From NCBI GenBank assembly GCA_009780695.1, contig WQZN01000011.1, positions 18,456 to 82,455 of the forward strand: a stretch of DNA of 64,000 nucleotides, read 5' to 3'. The notes under the pieces were generated by a model. The model did not search any database and was not told the origin of the DNA. It saw only the letters and a program-made list of their open reading frames with translations. The translations under genes and the position numbers were made by a program. Shown here piece after piece: positions 40,937 through 49,081 of the stretch; position 1 is the stretch's first letter, and every line of letters starts with the position of its first letter. The stretch is from Microbacteriaceae bacterium. Lineage in GTDB: Bacteria; Actinomycetota; Actinomycetes; Actinomycetales; Microbacteriaceae.

Positions 40937-41020
40937 CGGCGCCCCTCTCGTTTCTCGGCGACGCGGGGGAAGGGCCTCCACCGCGTCGTGGACAATGACG
41001 ATCGTGCGATCCCGATTTCA

Positions 41021-41033
41021 CGAAAAGATTTCG
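41021..41033. promoter_or_regulatory. CGAAA-N3-TTTCG operator
   Basis: CGAAAAGATTTCG; a matching copy lies at 42201. Confidence 0.6.
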
Positions 41034-41109
41034 AGACCGATCGAAAGCGAAGCTAACGGATTGCGCTTTCCCGCGTCAAGTCCAACCGGTAAAGGTTTTC
41101 CAGAAAACG

Positions 41110-42123
41110 TTATTTCGATCGGGTAACGGCACTGCGGCGCTCGACGATCGAGGTCTTCAGCTCGAGGTGGCGTGCGACGTGCGCCTTGGGGTCGTGGGCG
41201 AGCTGCTGGATGATCCGGATCGCCTCGCCCGCCATCTCGGCGAGCGGCTGGTGCACGGTCGTCAGCGCCGGCGACAGATAGCGCGAGAGCACCGTGTCGT
41301 CGAAGCCGATGACCGAGAGCTCGCTCGGGATGCGGATGTCCCGCTCGCGCGCCGCCTCGTACAGGCCCGCCGCCTGCTGGTCCGAGCTGCAGAACACGGC
41401 GGTCGGGCGGTCGGCCAGCTCGAGCAGCTCGACCGCGGCCGCGTGGCCCGTCGTGATGCGGAACTCCGCCTCGACGACGAGGGCGGGGTCGAGCGGGATG
41501 CCGCGCCGCCGCAGCGCCGCGGCGTAGCCCTCGAGGCGCTGCACCGCGCCGGGCACGCGCTCGGGCCCCGCGATGATGCCGACGCGCGTGTGGCCGAGGT
41601 CGAGGAGTCGGTTCGTCGCCGCGAACCCGCCCGCCCAGTTCGTGGCGCCGATGGTGGAGATGTGCTCGGGAAGGGGCGCGGAGGGGTCGATCACGACGAG
41701 CGGCGCCTGCAGGTCCTGCAGCGCCTTGAGCTGCTGCTCGCCGAGGCTCGGGAGCGCGGCGATGACGCCGTCGGAACGGCGCGCGGCCACGGCGTCCAAC
41801 CAGGCCCCCAGCTCGAAGCTCGGGTTCACCGACGAGGTGACGACGACGGCCGCGCCCTGGTGCGCCGCGGCCGCCTCGGTGCCGCGGATGATCTCGAGCG
41901 CCCAGGGCGAGTCGACGCCCTCGATGATCAGGTCGATGACCCCCGCGAGCTCGGTCCCCGGCAGGCGCTTGGAGACGTAGCCGACCTCCTGCATGGCGCG
42001 CTGGACCTTCGCGCGGGTGGCTTCGGCGACGTCCGCGCGGCCGTTGAGGACCTTCGAGACGGTGGGCACGGACACGCCCGCCGCCGCAGCGACATCCGCC
42101 ATCGTTCCGCGCGATCCAGCCAT
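41110..42123 (-). CDS. LacI-family regulator
   Basis: TMADVAAAAGVSVPTVSKVLNG, IGATNWAGG, SVIGFDD. Confidence 0.92.
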   Translation of the reverse strand: MAGSRGTMADVAAAAGVSVPTVSKVLNGRADVAEATRAKVQRAMQEVGYVSKRLPGTELAGVIDLIIEGVDSPWALEIIRGTEAAAAHQGAAVVVTSSVNPSFELGAWLDAVAARRSDGVIAALPSLGEQQLKALQDLQAPLVVIDPSAPLPEHISTIGATNWAGGFAATNRLLDLGHTRVGIIAGPERVPGAVQRLEGYAAALRRRGIPLDPALVVEAEFRITTGHAAAVELLELADRPTAVFCSSDQQAAGLYEAARERDIRIPSELSVIGFDDTVLSRYLSPALTTVHQPLAEMAGEAIRIIQQLAHDPKAHVARHLELKTSIVERRSAVTRSK

Positions 42124-42200
42124 GGGGGTCCTTTCGAGGGCACTGCTCACCTTGACCGGCCTGGCCCGAGTGTTTAGGCTCGGCCTTGCGATCACGCTAC

Positions 42201-42213
42201 CGAAAAACTTTCG
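42201..42213. promoter_or_regulatory. CGAAA-N3-TTTCG operator
   Basis: CGAAAAACTTTCG in the divergent promoter region. Confidence 0.6.
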
Positions 42214-42268
42214 AAACAGCCAGTTCCGATCGCGACAATCAACGTCGATTTCTAAGGATTCCTGCCAC

Positions 42269-43246
42269 ATGGCCAGCACTCCCAGCTCACTGTCCCTGCT
42301 GCATGACGTCGGTTCCGAGGTCTCCGTGCGTGCGGGCGCCGAGCTGTTCCGCTACGTCTACCGGCCCACCGAGGTCCAGTACGAGTCGCCCCGGCCGTAC
42401 CTGCACCCGATCCGCACGCGCTCGGGCAAGCTCGTCACCGTCTTCCGCCCGCACGACCACGTGTGGCACAAGGGCATCGCGCTGTCGCTGCCGAACGTCG
42501 GCCCGACCAACTTCTGGGGCGGCGCCACCTATACGCGGGCGACCGGCTACGCGAACCTCGAGAACAACGGCTCGATGGAGCACGTCGAGCTGCTGAAGGC
42601 ATCGGTCGAGGCATCCGCCGCGACGTTCTCGCACAAGCTGACCTGGCTGACCCAGCCGGCCGAGGGCGAGACCGCGGGCAAGCCGGTCGTCGACGAGGTC
42701 CGCACGATCCGCGCGATCGCCGGCGAGGGCGACGACTTCTGGACCCTCACCTGGACCACCGAGATCACCAACGTCCAGGGCGCGCCCCTGGTCATCGGCT
42801 CGCCGACCACCGAGGGCCGTGACAACGCGGGCTACGGCGGCCTGTTCTGGCGCGGCCCCCGCTCGTTCACGGGCGGCTTCATGGTGGGCGCCGACGGCAC
42901 CGAGGGCGAGGACCTGCGCGGCACCCAGTCGCTGTGGGCCGGCTTCAGCGGCAAGCACGACGACATCGACGCCGAGTCGACGGTCGTGTTCATCGACGGC
43001 AACTACGGCTCGGATCTCCCGACCAAGTGGTTCGCCCGCTCCGAGCCGTTCGCCTGCCTCAACCCCGCGCCGTTCTTCGACGAGGAGCACACCCTCCAGC
43101 CCGGCGAGAGCCTGACGCTGCACTACGCGGTCGTGATCGCCGACGGCGGCAGCGACTTCGCTCGCATGTCACAGCTGGCGGATGCCGGCGTCGAGGTCCT
43201 GAAGTCGGCCGGCGTCGCCGTCGCCGCTGAGGCGGTGGCCCGATGA
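42269..43246 (+). CDS. PmoA-like/DUF6807 beta-sandwich protein (soluble, sugar-related)
   Basis: RPYLHP, PHDHVWHKG, NFWGG, GYGGLFWR, WFAR. Confidence 0.75.
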   Translation: MASTPSSLSLLHDVGSEVSVRAGAELFRYVYRPTEVQYESPRPYLHPIRTRSGKLVTVFRPHDHVWHKGIALSLPNVGPTNFWGGATYTRATGYANLENNGSMEHVELLKASVEASAATFSHKLTWLTQPAEGETAGKPVVDEVRTIRAIAGEGDDFWTLTWTTEITNVQGAPLVIGSPTTEGRDNAGYGGLFWRGPRSFTGGFMVGADGTEGEDLRGTQSLWAGFSGKHDDIDAESTVVFIDGNYGSDLPTKWFARSEPFACLNPAPFFDEEHTLQPGESLTLHYAVVIADGGSDFARMSQLADAGVEVLKSAGVAVAAEAVAR

Positions 43247-44343
43247 GCGCCCCGATCCGCATCGGCATCGTCGGCACGGGCGGCATCGCCCGCGTGCACG
43301 CCGACAACATCACGCACCTGGGCGACCGGGCCGTCATCGTCGGCGCCGTCGACGTCGACCCCGAGCGCCTCGCCGGCTTCCAGGCCGAGTTCGGCGTCGA
43401 GGCCGGCTACGGCAGCCTCGAAGAGCTGCTCGAGCAGGGCAAGCCCGACATCGTGCACCTGTGCACGCCCCCGGGGCTGCACAAGGCGCAGGCGCTCGTC
43501 GCCCTCGCCGCGGGCGTCGACGTGCTGTCGGAGAAGCCACCGGCTCTCTCGCTCGAAGAGATCGACGAGCTCGCCGAGGCCGAGAAGGCCTCGGGCGCGC
43601 ACTTCGCCACCGTCTCACAGCACCGCTTCGGCGGCCGCGCGATCTGGCTGCGCGACCGCATGGCCGACGGCAAGCTCGGCCGCCCCATGGTCGCCGTGTG
43701 CGACACGCTGTGGTTCCGTCCCGACTCCTACTTCGACGTGCCGTGGCGCGGCAAGTGGGACATCGAGGGCGGCGGCCCGACGATGGGCCACGGCATCCAC
43801 CAGATGGACACCATGCTCTCGATCCTCGGCCCGTGGTCCGAGGTCGTCGCGGTCGCCGCGCGCCAGGCGCGCCCGGTGAAGACCGAGGACCTCTCGGCCG
43901 CGATCGTCACCTTCGAGAACGGCACGGTCGCGACCGTGGTGAACAGCCTGCTGTCGCCCCGCGAGACGAGCTACCTGCGCTTCGACTTCGAGTACGCGAC
44001 GGTCGAGCTCGAGCACCTCTACGGCTACGGCGACGACAACTGGAAGATCACGCCGGCGCCGGGCCACGAGGACGAGGTCGCCGCGCTGTGGGCCGAGGGC
44101 CCGCACGGCAACTCGGGCCACTCGGCGCAGTTCCGCGCGGTCCTCGAGGCGCGCGAGAACGGCCAGGTCATCCCGGTCGGCACCGGGGATGCCCGACGCA
44201 CGCTCGAGCTCATCGCCGGCATCTACGCCTCGTCGTTCACCGGCGGGCGCATCGGTGCGGGCGAGATCGGCGCCGACTCGCCGTTCTACTCGAGCATGGA
44301 GGGCAGCGGCGCACCCTGGCGCGACGCCGAGGCGACCGCGTAA
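43243..44343 (+). CDS. Gfo/Idh/MocA oxidoreductase
   Basis: GIVGTGGIA, SEKPP, WRGKW..EGGG..MGHGIH. Confidence 0.9.
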   Translation: MSAPIRIGIVGTGGIARVHADNITHLGDRAVIVGAVDVDPERLAGFQAEFGVEAGYGSLEELLEQGKPDIVHLCTPPGLHKAQALVALAAGVDVLSEKPPALSLEEIDELAEAEKASGAHFATVSQHRFGGRAIWLRDRMADGKLGRPMVAVCDTLWFRPDSYFDVPWRGKWDIEGGGPTMGHGIHQMDTMLSILGPWSEVVAVAARQARPVKTEDLSAAIVTFENGTVATVVNSLLSPRETSYLRFDFEYATVELEHLYGYGDDNWKITPAPGHEDEVAALWAEGPHGNSGHSAQFRAVLEARENGQVIPVGTGDARRTLELIAGIYASSFTGGRIGAGEIGADSPFYSSMEGSGAPWRDAEATA

Positions 44344-45137
44344 TGGACGGAACCCGCACCGGGGTCGCGGCGGCGGACGCCGCGGCCCCGGCTCGCTGGG
44401 ATCCCGCGGCGACCCTCGCCCGCGGCCTCCCCGGCGGGGTCGCCGTCTCGCGTCTGCGCGTGTACGACTGGCCGACGGCCGACGGCCTCGCGGGCGGTTC
44501 GCCGCACCTGCACACGGCCTCGACCGAGGGCTACGTCGTGCTCACGGGCACGGGCGAGCTCGAGTCGCTCAGCTCCCGCGGGCTCGAGCGCACCCCGTTG
44601 TTCCCGGGCGCCGTGGTCTGGTTCACGCCGGGCACCGTGCACCGCCTGATCAACACGAGCGGCGATCTCGAGATCATGACGCTCATGTCGAACGCGGGCC
44701 TGCCCGAGGCCGGCGACGCGGTGCTGACCTTCCCGGCCGACATCCTCGCCGATCCCCAGCGCTACGCCGCGGCGGCGGCCCTGCCTGCGACCGCCGACCA
44801 AGCCGAGCTGGCCGCGGCGGCACGTGCGCGGCGCGATCTCGCTCTCGCGGGCTGGGCCGAGCTGCGCGCCCGCGCCGAGACCGACCTCGCGGGCGCGCTC
44901 GATGCGCTCTACACGGCGGCCGCCGCGGTCGTCGCCCCGCGCCTGGACACGTGGCGCGAGATCTGGCAGGCCGGCCCGCAGTCGCAGAGCGATGCGACCA
45001 ATGCGACCCTCGAGCTGCTCGCCGCGGCGCACACGGCGAGCCTCTACGGCAGCGGGGTCGGCACGATCGAGCCGCTCCCCGGCGGCGAGCGCTGGGGCAT
45101 GTGCGGCCGGCTCACGGTCTGGCCGAAGGCCTCCTAG
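44343..45137 (+). CDS. Cupin-domain protein
   Basis: PHLH...EGYVVLTGTG and PGTVHRLIN cupin motifs. Confidence 0.8.
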   Translation: MDGTRTGVAAADAAAPARWDPAATLARGLPGGVAVSRLRVYDWPTADGLAGGSPHLHTASTEGYVVLTGTGELESLSSRGLERTPLFPGAVVWFTPGTVHRLINTSGDLEIMTLMSNAGLPEAGDAVLTFPADILADPQRYAAAAALPATADQAELAAAARARRDLALAGWAELRARAETDLAGALDALYTAAAAVVAPRLDTWREIWQAGPQSQSDATNATLELLAAAHTASLYGSGVGTIEPLPGGERWGMCGRLTVWPKAS

Positions 45138-45149
45138 CGAGCCCGCGCG

Positions 45150-45215
45150 GCACTTTTCCCACTGTGGGGCATATCGGAACCCGGGTTCCGATATGCCCCA
45201 CAGTGGGAAATGTGC
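45150..45215. repeat. 56-bp perfect palindrome (45155-45210) between convergent genes
   Basis: TTTCCCACTGTGGGGCATATCGGAACCC followed directly by its exact reverse complement. Confidence 0.95.
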
Positions 45216-45219
45216 CCGA

Positions 45220-45732
45220 CTACGCGACGCCCGCGCGCTGCGCGACGCCCTTCACGAACGAGGCCTGCCCGACGTGCTGCAGATCGTCGCCGATGACCGA
45301 GACGAGCCGCACGCCGAGCGTCACGGGCGGGTCCCACGAGGTGTCGACGACGCGGTCGAAGTCGTCGGCCTCGAGCGTGTCGAGGTACTCGACGGTCGCG
45401 TCGTGCACGGCGTCGTGGTAGCCGAGCAGCAGCTCGGCCGGCGCCACGACCGACGCGACCTGCTCGCTCGAGTGGCCGTAGCCCGTCGAGTCGACTGGCA
45501 GCGGCAGCTCGAAACGCGCGGCCCACTCGCTCGTCCACAGCTGATCGACGCCGGCGACGTCGCTCACATGGTCGTCCTGCACGCGAGTCAGATGCCAGAC
45601 GAGCCAGGCGATGGTGTTGGCCTCGTCGTCGTCGCGGAAGGCGAGCAGGTCGGCGCTCGCCCCCTCGACGACACGGTGGACGATCGTGCTGATGCGGTCG
45701 AAGGCGTCGATGAGAAGCTCGCGTTGCTCCAT
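45220..45732 (-). CDS. DinB/DUF664-family protein (mycothiol transferase-like)
   Basis: NTIAWLVWHLTRVQD, WDPPVTLGVRLVS, DDLQHVGQ. Confidence 0.85.
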   Translation of the reverse strand: MEQRELLIDAFDRISTIVHRVVEGASADLLAFRDDDEANTIAWLVWHLTRVQDDHVSDVAGVDQLWTSEWAARFELPLPVDSTGYGHSSEQVASVVAPAELLLGYHDAVHDATVEYLDTLEADDFDRVVDTSWDPPVTLGVRLVSVIGDDLQHVGQASFVKGVAQRAGVA

Positions 45733-45760
45733 GGCTACGAAGCTACGCGGGTGAGGATGC

Positions 45761-46510
45761 CTAGGCCAGGGTCTCCGCGAAGAAGCCGGTGACCTTCTGC
45801 CACGCCGCACCCGCGACCTCGGGCACATAGGCGTGCGAGTTGGTGTCGTTGAAGAACGCGTGACCGGCGTCCGGGTAGACGGTGGCCTCGAAGTCGACGC
45901 CGGCGTCGGACATCCGCTTCTCGACCTCGGGCAGCCCGTCGATCAGGCGCGCGTCCTGCTCGCCGTACAGCGCGCGGACGGGGCAGGCGAAGCCCTGGAA
46001 GTCGGTCTCCTGCGGGGGCGCGCCGTAGAACGGGGCGGCCGCGCGGATGCGGTCGTCGGCCGCGGCGAGCGCGAACGAGTAGGTGCCGCCGAAGCAGAAG
46101 CCGGTCACGGCGAGGTGGCCGTCCACCCCGGGCTGCACGGCGAGCCAGTCGACGACCTGCTTGAGCGCCGAGACGGCCCACGACGCATAGGCGGGTTCGT
46201 GCACCGGCGCCATCTTCTCGCGCATGAGCGGCTGCAGGCGGGTGCGCTCCTCTTCGTCGGCGCTCTCGCGCAGGCGCTGCAGCTCGTCGCCGACCTCGGG
46301 CGTGATGCCGCCGTGGCTCAGGATGTCGGGGGCGACGACGACGTAGCCCTCGGCCGCGAAGCGGTCCGCGACATCCTTGATGTGGTCGACGAGACCCCAG
46401 ATCTCGTGGATGACCACGAGGCCGCCCTTCACTGCGGCGTCGCCCGCGGGGCGCGAGACATAACCGGTGAAGCCGTCGAATTCGATGCTGTTGCCCTTGA
46501 GTTCACTCAC
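45761..46510 (-). CDS. Dienelactone hydrolase family protein
   Basis: HEIWGL, GFCFGG nucleophile, GEQD, AGHAFFN. Confidence 0.92.
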   Translation of the reverse strand: MSELKGNSIEFDGFTGYVSRPAGDAAVKGGLVVIHEIWGLVDHIKDVADRFAAEGYVVVAPDILSHGGITPEVGDELQRLRESADEEERTRLQPLMREKMAPVHEPAYASWAVSALKQVVDWLAVQPGVDGHLAVTGFCFGGTYSFALAAADDRIRAAAPFYGAPPQETDFQGFACPVRALYGEQDARLIDGLPEVEKRMSDAGVDFEATVYPDAGHAFFNDTNSHAYVPEVAGAAWQKVTGFFAETLA

Positions 46511-46546
46511 CCGGCCAACGCTAGGGCCGGTTGCTATCGAAATCCC

Positions 46547-47755
46547 CTAACCACGCACGACCAGCACGACCAGCACGACGTTCAACGCGATGATGCCGGC
46601 CGCGACGACCCACGCGATCGCACGGGTCGCCGGGCGATCCGCATGCTCGCCCATCACGTCGCGCGAGCCCGTGAGCCGCAGCAGCGGAATGAGGGCGAAG
46701 GGGATGCCGAGCGACAGCACGACCTGGCTGACGACCAGTGCCCAGGTCGGGTCGACCCCCAGCGCCAGCAGCGCGAGGGCGGGCAGCAGGGTCGCGGCCC
46801 GGCGCACGAGCACGGGCACGCGCACCTTGAGCAGCGCGCCCATGACGACCGCGCCGGCGTACGAGCCCACCGAGCTCGACGCGAGCCCCGAGGCGAGCAA
46901 GCCGATGGCGAAGGCCGCGCCCACCACCGGCCCGAGCGCGGCGACGACCGCGGCATGCGCCCCGGGAATGGTGTCCGCCGAGTGCATGCCGCGCAAGGCA
47001 TCCGCCGCGAGCACCAGCATCGCGATGTTGACGACGCCCGCGATGCTGAGCGCGACGACGACGTCGACGCGGTTCGCAGCGAGGACCGCCGCGCGGTGCC
47101 TGCTCGATTTGTCGGTGCGGTGCCGGTCGCGTGAGAGCGCCGAGTGGAGATATACCGCGTGCGGCATGACGGTGGCACCGAGCATGGATGCCGCGAGCAC
47201 CACCGTCTCGCTGCCGTCGAACCGCGGCATCAGACCGCCCGCGAAGCCGCCCCAGTCGACGGGTGAGGCGCCGGCCCCGATCACGAAGCCGACGGCGATC
47301 ACGGCGAGCAGAGCCATGACGGCGAACTCGAAGCGCCGCTGTCCGCGCGTCTGCAGGCCCAGCAGCACGATCGAGGCGAGGCCGACGACGAGGCCCCCGA
47401 TCACGAGCGGAACGCGGAACAGCAGTTGCAGGGCGATCGCGCCGCCGATCACCTCGGCGAGATCGGTCGCCGCCGCGACGATCTCGGCCTGCGCCCAGAA
47501 CGCGAGTCGTGCGGGTCGGCCCATCCGCTCGGCGAGCAGCTCGGGCAGGCTCTTCCCCGTGACGATGCCGAGCTTCGCCGAGAGGTACTGCACGAGCATC
47601 GCCATGAGGTTCGCGAGCACGAGCACCCAGAGCAGCAGGAAGCCGTAGCGGGCGCCCGCGGTGACGTTGGCGGCGACATTGCCGGGGTCGACGTAGGCGA
47701 TGGATGCCACGAACGCGGGCCCGAGCAGCGAGATCAGTCGCCGCCACCCCTTCAT
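46547..47755 (-). CDS. mntH: Nramp Mn2+/Fe2+ transporter
   Basis: AYVDPGN, LSAKLG, GATVMPHAVYLHS, SQVVLS. Confidence 0.93.
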   Translation of the reverse strand: MKGWRRLISLLGPAFVASIAYVDPGNVAANVTAGARYGFLLLWVLVLANLMAMLVQYLSAKLGIVTGKSLPELLAERMGRPARLAFWAQAEIVAAATDLAEVIGGAIALQLLFRVPLVIGGLVVGLASIVLLGLQTRGQRRFEFAVMALLAVIAVGFVIGAGASPVDWGGFAGGLMPRFDGSETVVLAASMLGATVMPHAVYLHSALSRDRHRTDKSSRHRAAVLAANRVDVVVALSIAGVVNIAMLVLAADALRGMHSADTIPGAHAAVVAALGPVVGAAFAIGLLASGLASSSVGSYAGAVVMGALLKVRVPVLVRRAATLLPALALLALGVDPTWALVVSQVVLSLGIPFALIPLLRLTGSRDVMGEHADRPATRAIAWVVAAGIIALNVVLVVLVVRG

Positions 47756-47777
47756 GGCTCCAGTATCTCCGCCGGTG

Positions 47778-48245
47778 TCAGGCGAAGTCCTGCTGCCGCG
47801 CGTGGGCGACGATCGTGGCGAGCAGACCGGACAGCTCGTCGAGCTGGGCGGTGTCGACCTCGCCCGTCGCCTGGCGGACGAGCTCCTCGTAGTGCGCGAC
47901 GACCGCGGCGAGCAGTTTGTCGCCCGCCTCGGTCGGCGCGAGCAGCAGGCTGCGGCGGTCATCGGGGTTCGGCTCGCGCTCGACCAGCCCGTCATCGACG
48001 AGCCGGTCGGTGAGCGCCGTGACGGCGCCGGTCGTGAGCTCGAGCTGCGTCGCGAGCTGTTTCGGGGTGATCCGCCCACCGGCGCCGAGCGCGTCGCCGT
48101 CGCCGATGCGCGCGAGGGCCCGCAGCTCGGTGACCGTCACGCCGTTGTCGCGCGCGATCGCCACACGGAACCGCTCGAATTCGCGGACGGCGCCGAACAG
48201 TGCCTGGTTCAGCGTCGTCACCGCCTTGCCTCGCTGCTGGGCCAC
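47778..48245 (-). CDS. MarR-family regulator
   Basis: TPKQLA..LELTTGAVTALTDRL..GLVEREPNPDDRRS; start approximate. Confidence 0.88.
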   Translation of the reverse strand: MAQQRGKAVTTLNQALFGAVREFERFRVAIARDNGVTVTELRALARIGDGDALGAGGRITPKQLATQLELTTGAVTALTDRLVDDGLVEREPNPDDRRSLLLAPTEAGDKLLAAVVAHYEELVRQATGEVDTAQLDELSGLLATIVAHARQQDFA

Positions 48246-48429
48246 GGATTCCACACCCTTCGGATTGTCTCTGCCGTTGATTAGCTTATCACTCGTTTTG
48301 CTTGACCCCCGTTTTAGTGGATATAAGAGTATTTCACTCATCAAACTTCTCGATATACAGTCTTCCCATCCAGTGAGTTTCTCGGAGACCAAGCCGGTCA
48401 TCCGCCTTCAACAGAACGGTTCCCCCCTC

Positions 48430-49023
48430 ATGAACGCTCAGCACCGCCACAGCCGCGCCATCCGCATCACCGGCTTCGCCGCCGTCCCCGCCGCCCTGAT
48501 CGTCGCCGGCATCGCCGTCGGCGGGGCCTCCTACTCGGCCTTCAGCGCCACGACCTCGAACCCGACCAACAACTGGTCGGCCGGCACCGTCGCCCTGAGC
48601 GACGACGACCAGAACACCGCGCTCTTCACCGCGAGCAACCTCAAGCCCGGCTCGACCGACACCAAGGACATCGTCGTCACGTCGACCGGGTCGCTGGCAT
48701 CCACCGTCAAGCTCTACGGCACGGCGGCCGCGACGACCAACGGCCTCAGCAGCTACGTCGACCTGACGATCACCGAGGGAACGGGCACCGGCGCCTCGTT
48801 CGCGCCGCTCAGCACGGGGTCGAGCGTCTACACGGGCACTCTCGCCGACTTCGGCACGACGCGCACCAACTTCGCCAACGGCCTCACCACGTGGACGACC
48901 ACCGGTGCCGCGAGCGAGTCGCGCACCTTCCGCATCGCGTACACGATCGACGCTGGCACCCCCAACACCGCCCAGGGCGGCACCGCAGCTCTCGGCTTCA
49001 CGTGGGAGGCGCAGAACAACTAG
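48430..49023 (+). CDS. TasA/camelysin-like secreted fibre subunit with SipW-cognate signal peptide
   Basis: GGASYS-AFSATTSNPTNNWSAGTVAL, SNLKPG...TGSL and C-terminal QG...FTWEAQ resemble the TasA/CalY motifs as I recall them. Confidence 0.75.
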   Translation: MNAQHRHSRAIRITGFAAVPAALIVAGIAVGGASYSAFSATTSNPTNNWSAGTVALSDDDQNTALFTASNLKPGSTDTKDIVVTSTGSLASTVKLYGTAAATTNGLSSYVDLTITEGTGTGASFAPLSTGSSVYTGTLADFGTTRTNFANGLTTWTTTGAASESRTFRIAYTIDAGTPNTAQGGTAALGFTWEAQNN

Positions 49024-49081
49024 GCCTCTGCCCTCCCCCGGCACCCCGACACCCGCCCCACTCCCCCCGAAGGACGCAGAC

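Noticed and set aside
42269-43246. Methane monooxygenase PmoA
   Set aside because: Soluble protein with no TM helices and no pmoB/C; the family name is misleading in this sugar context.
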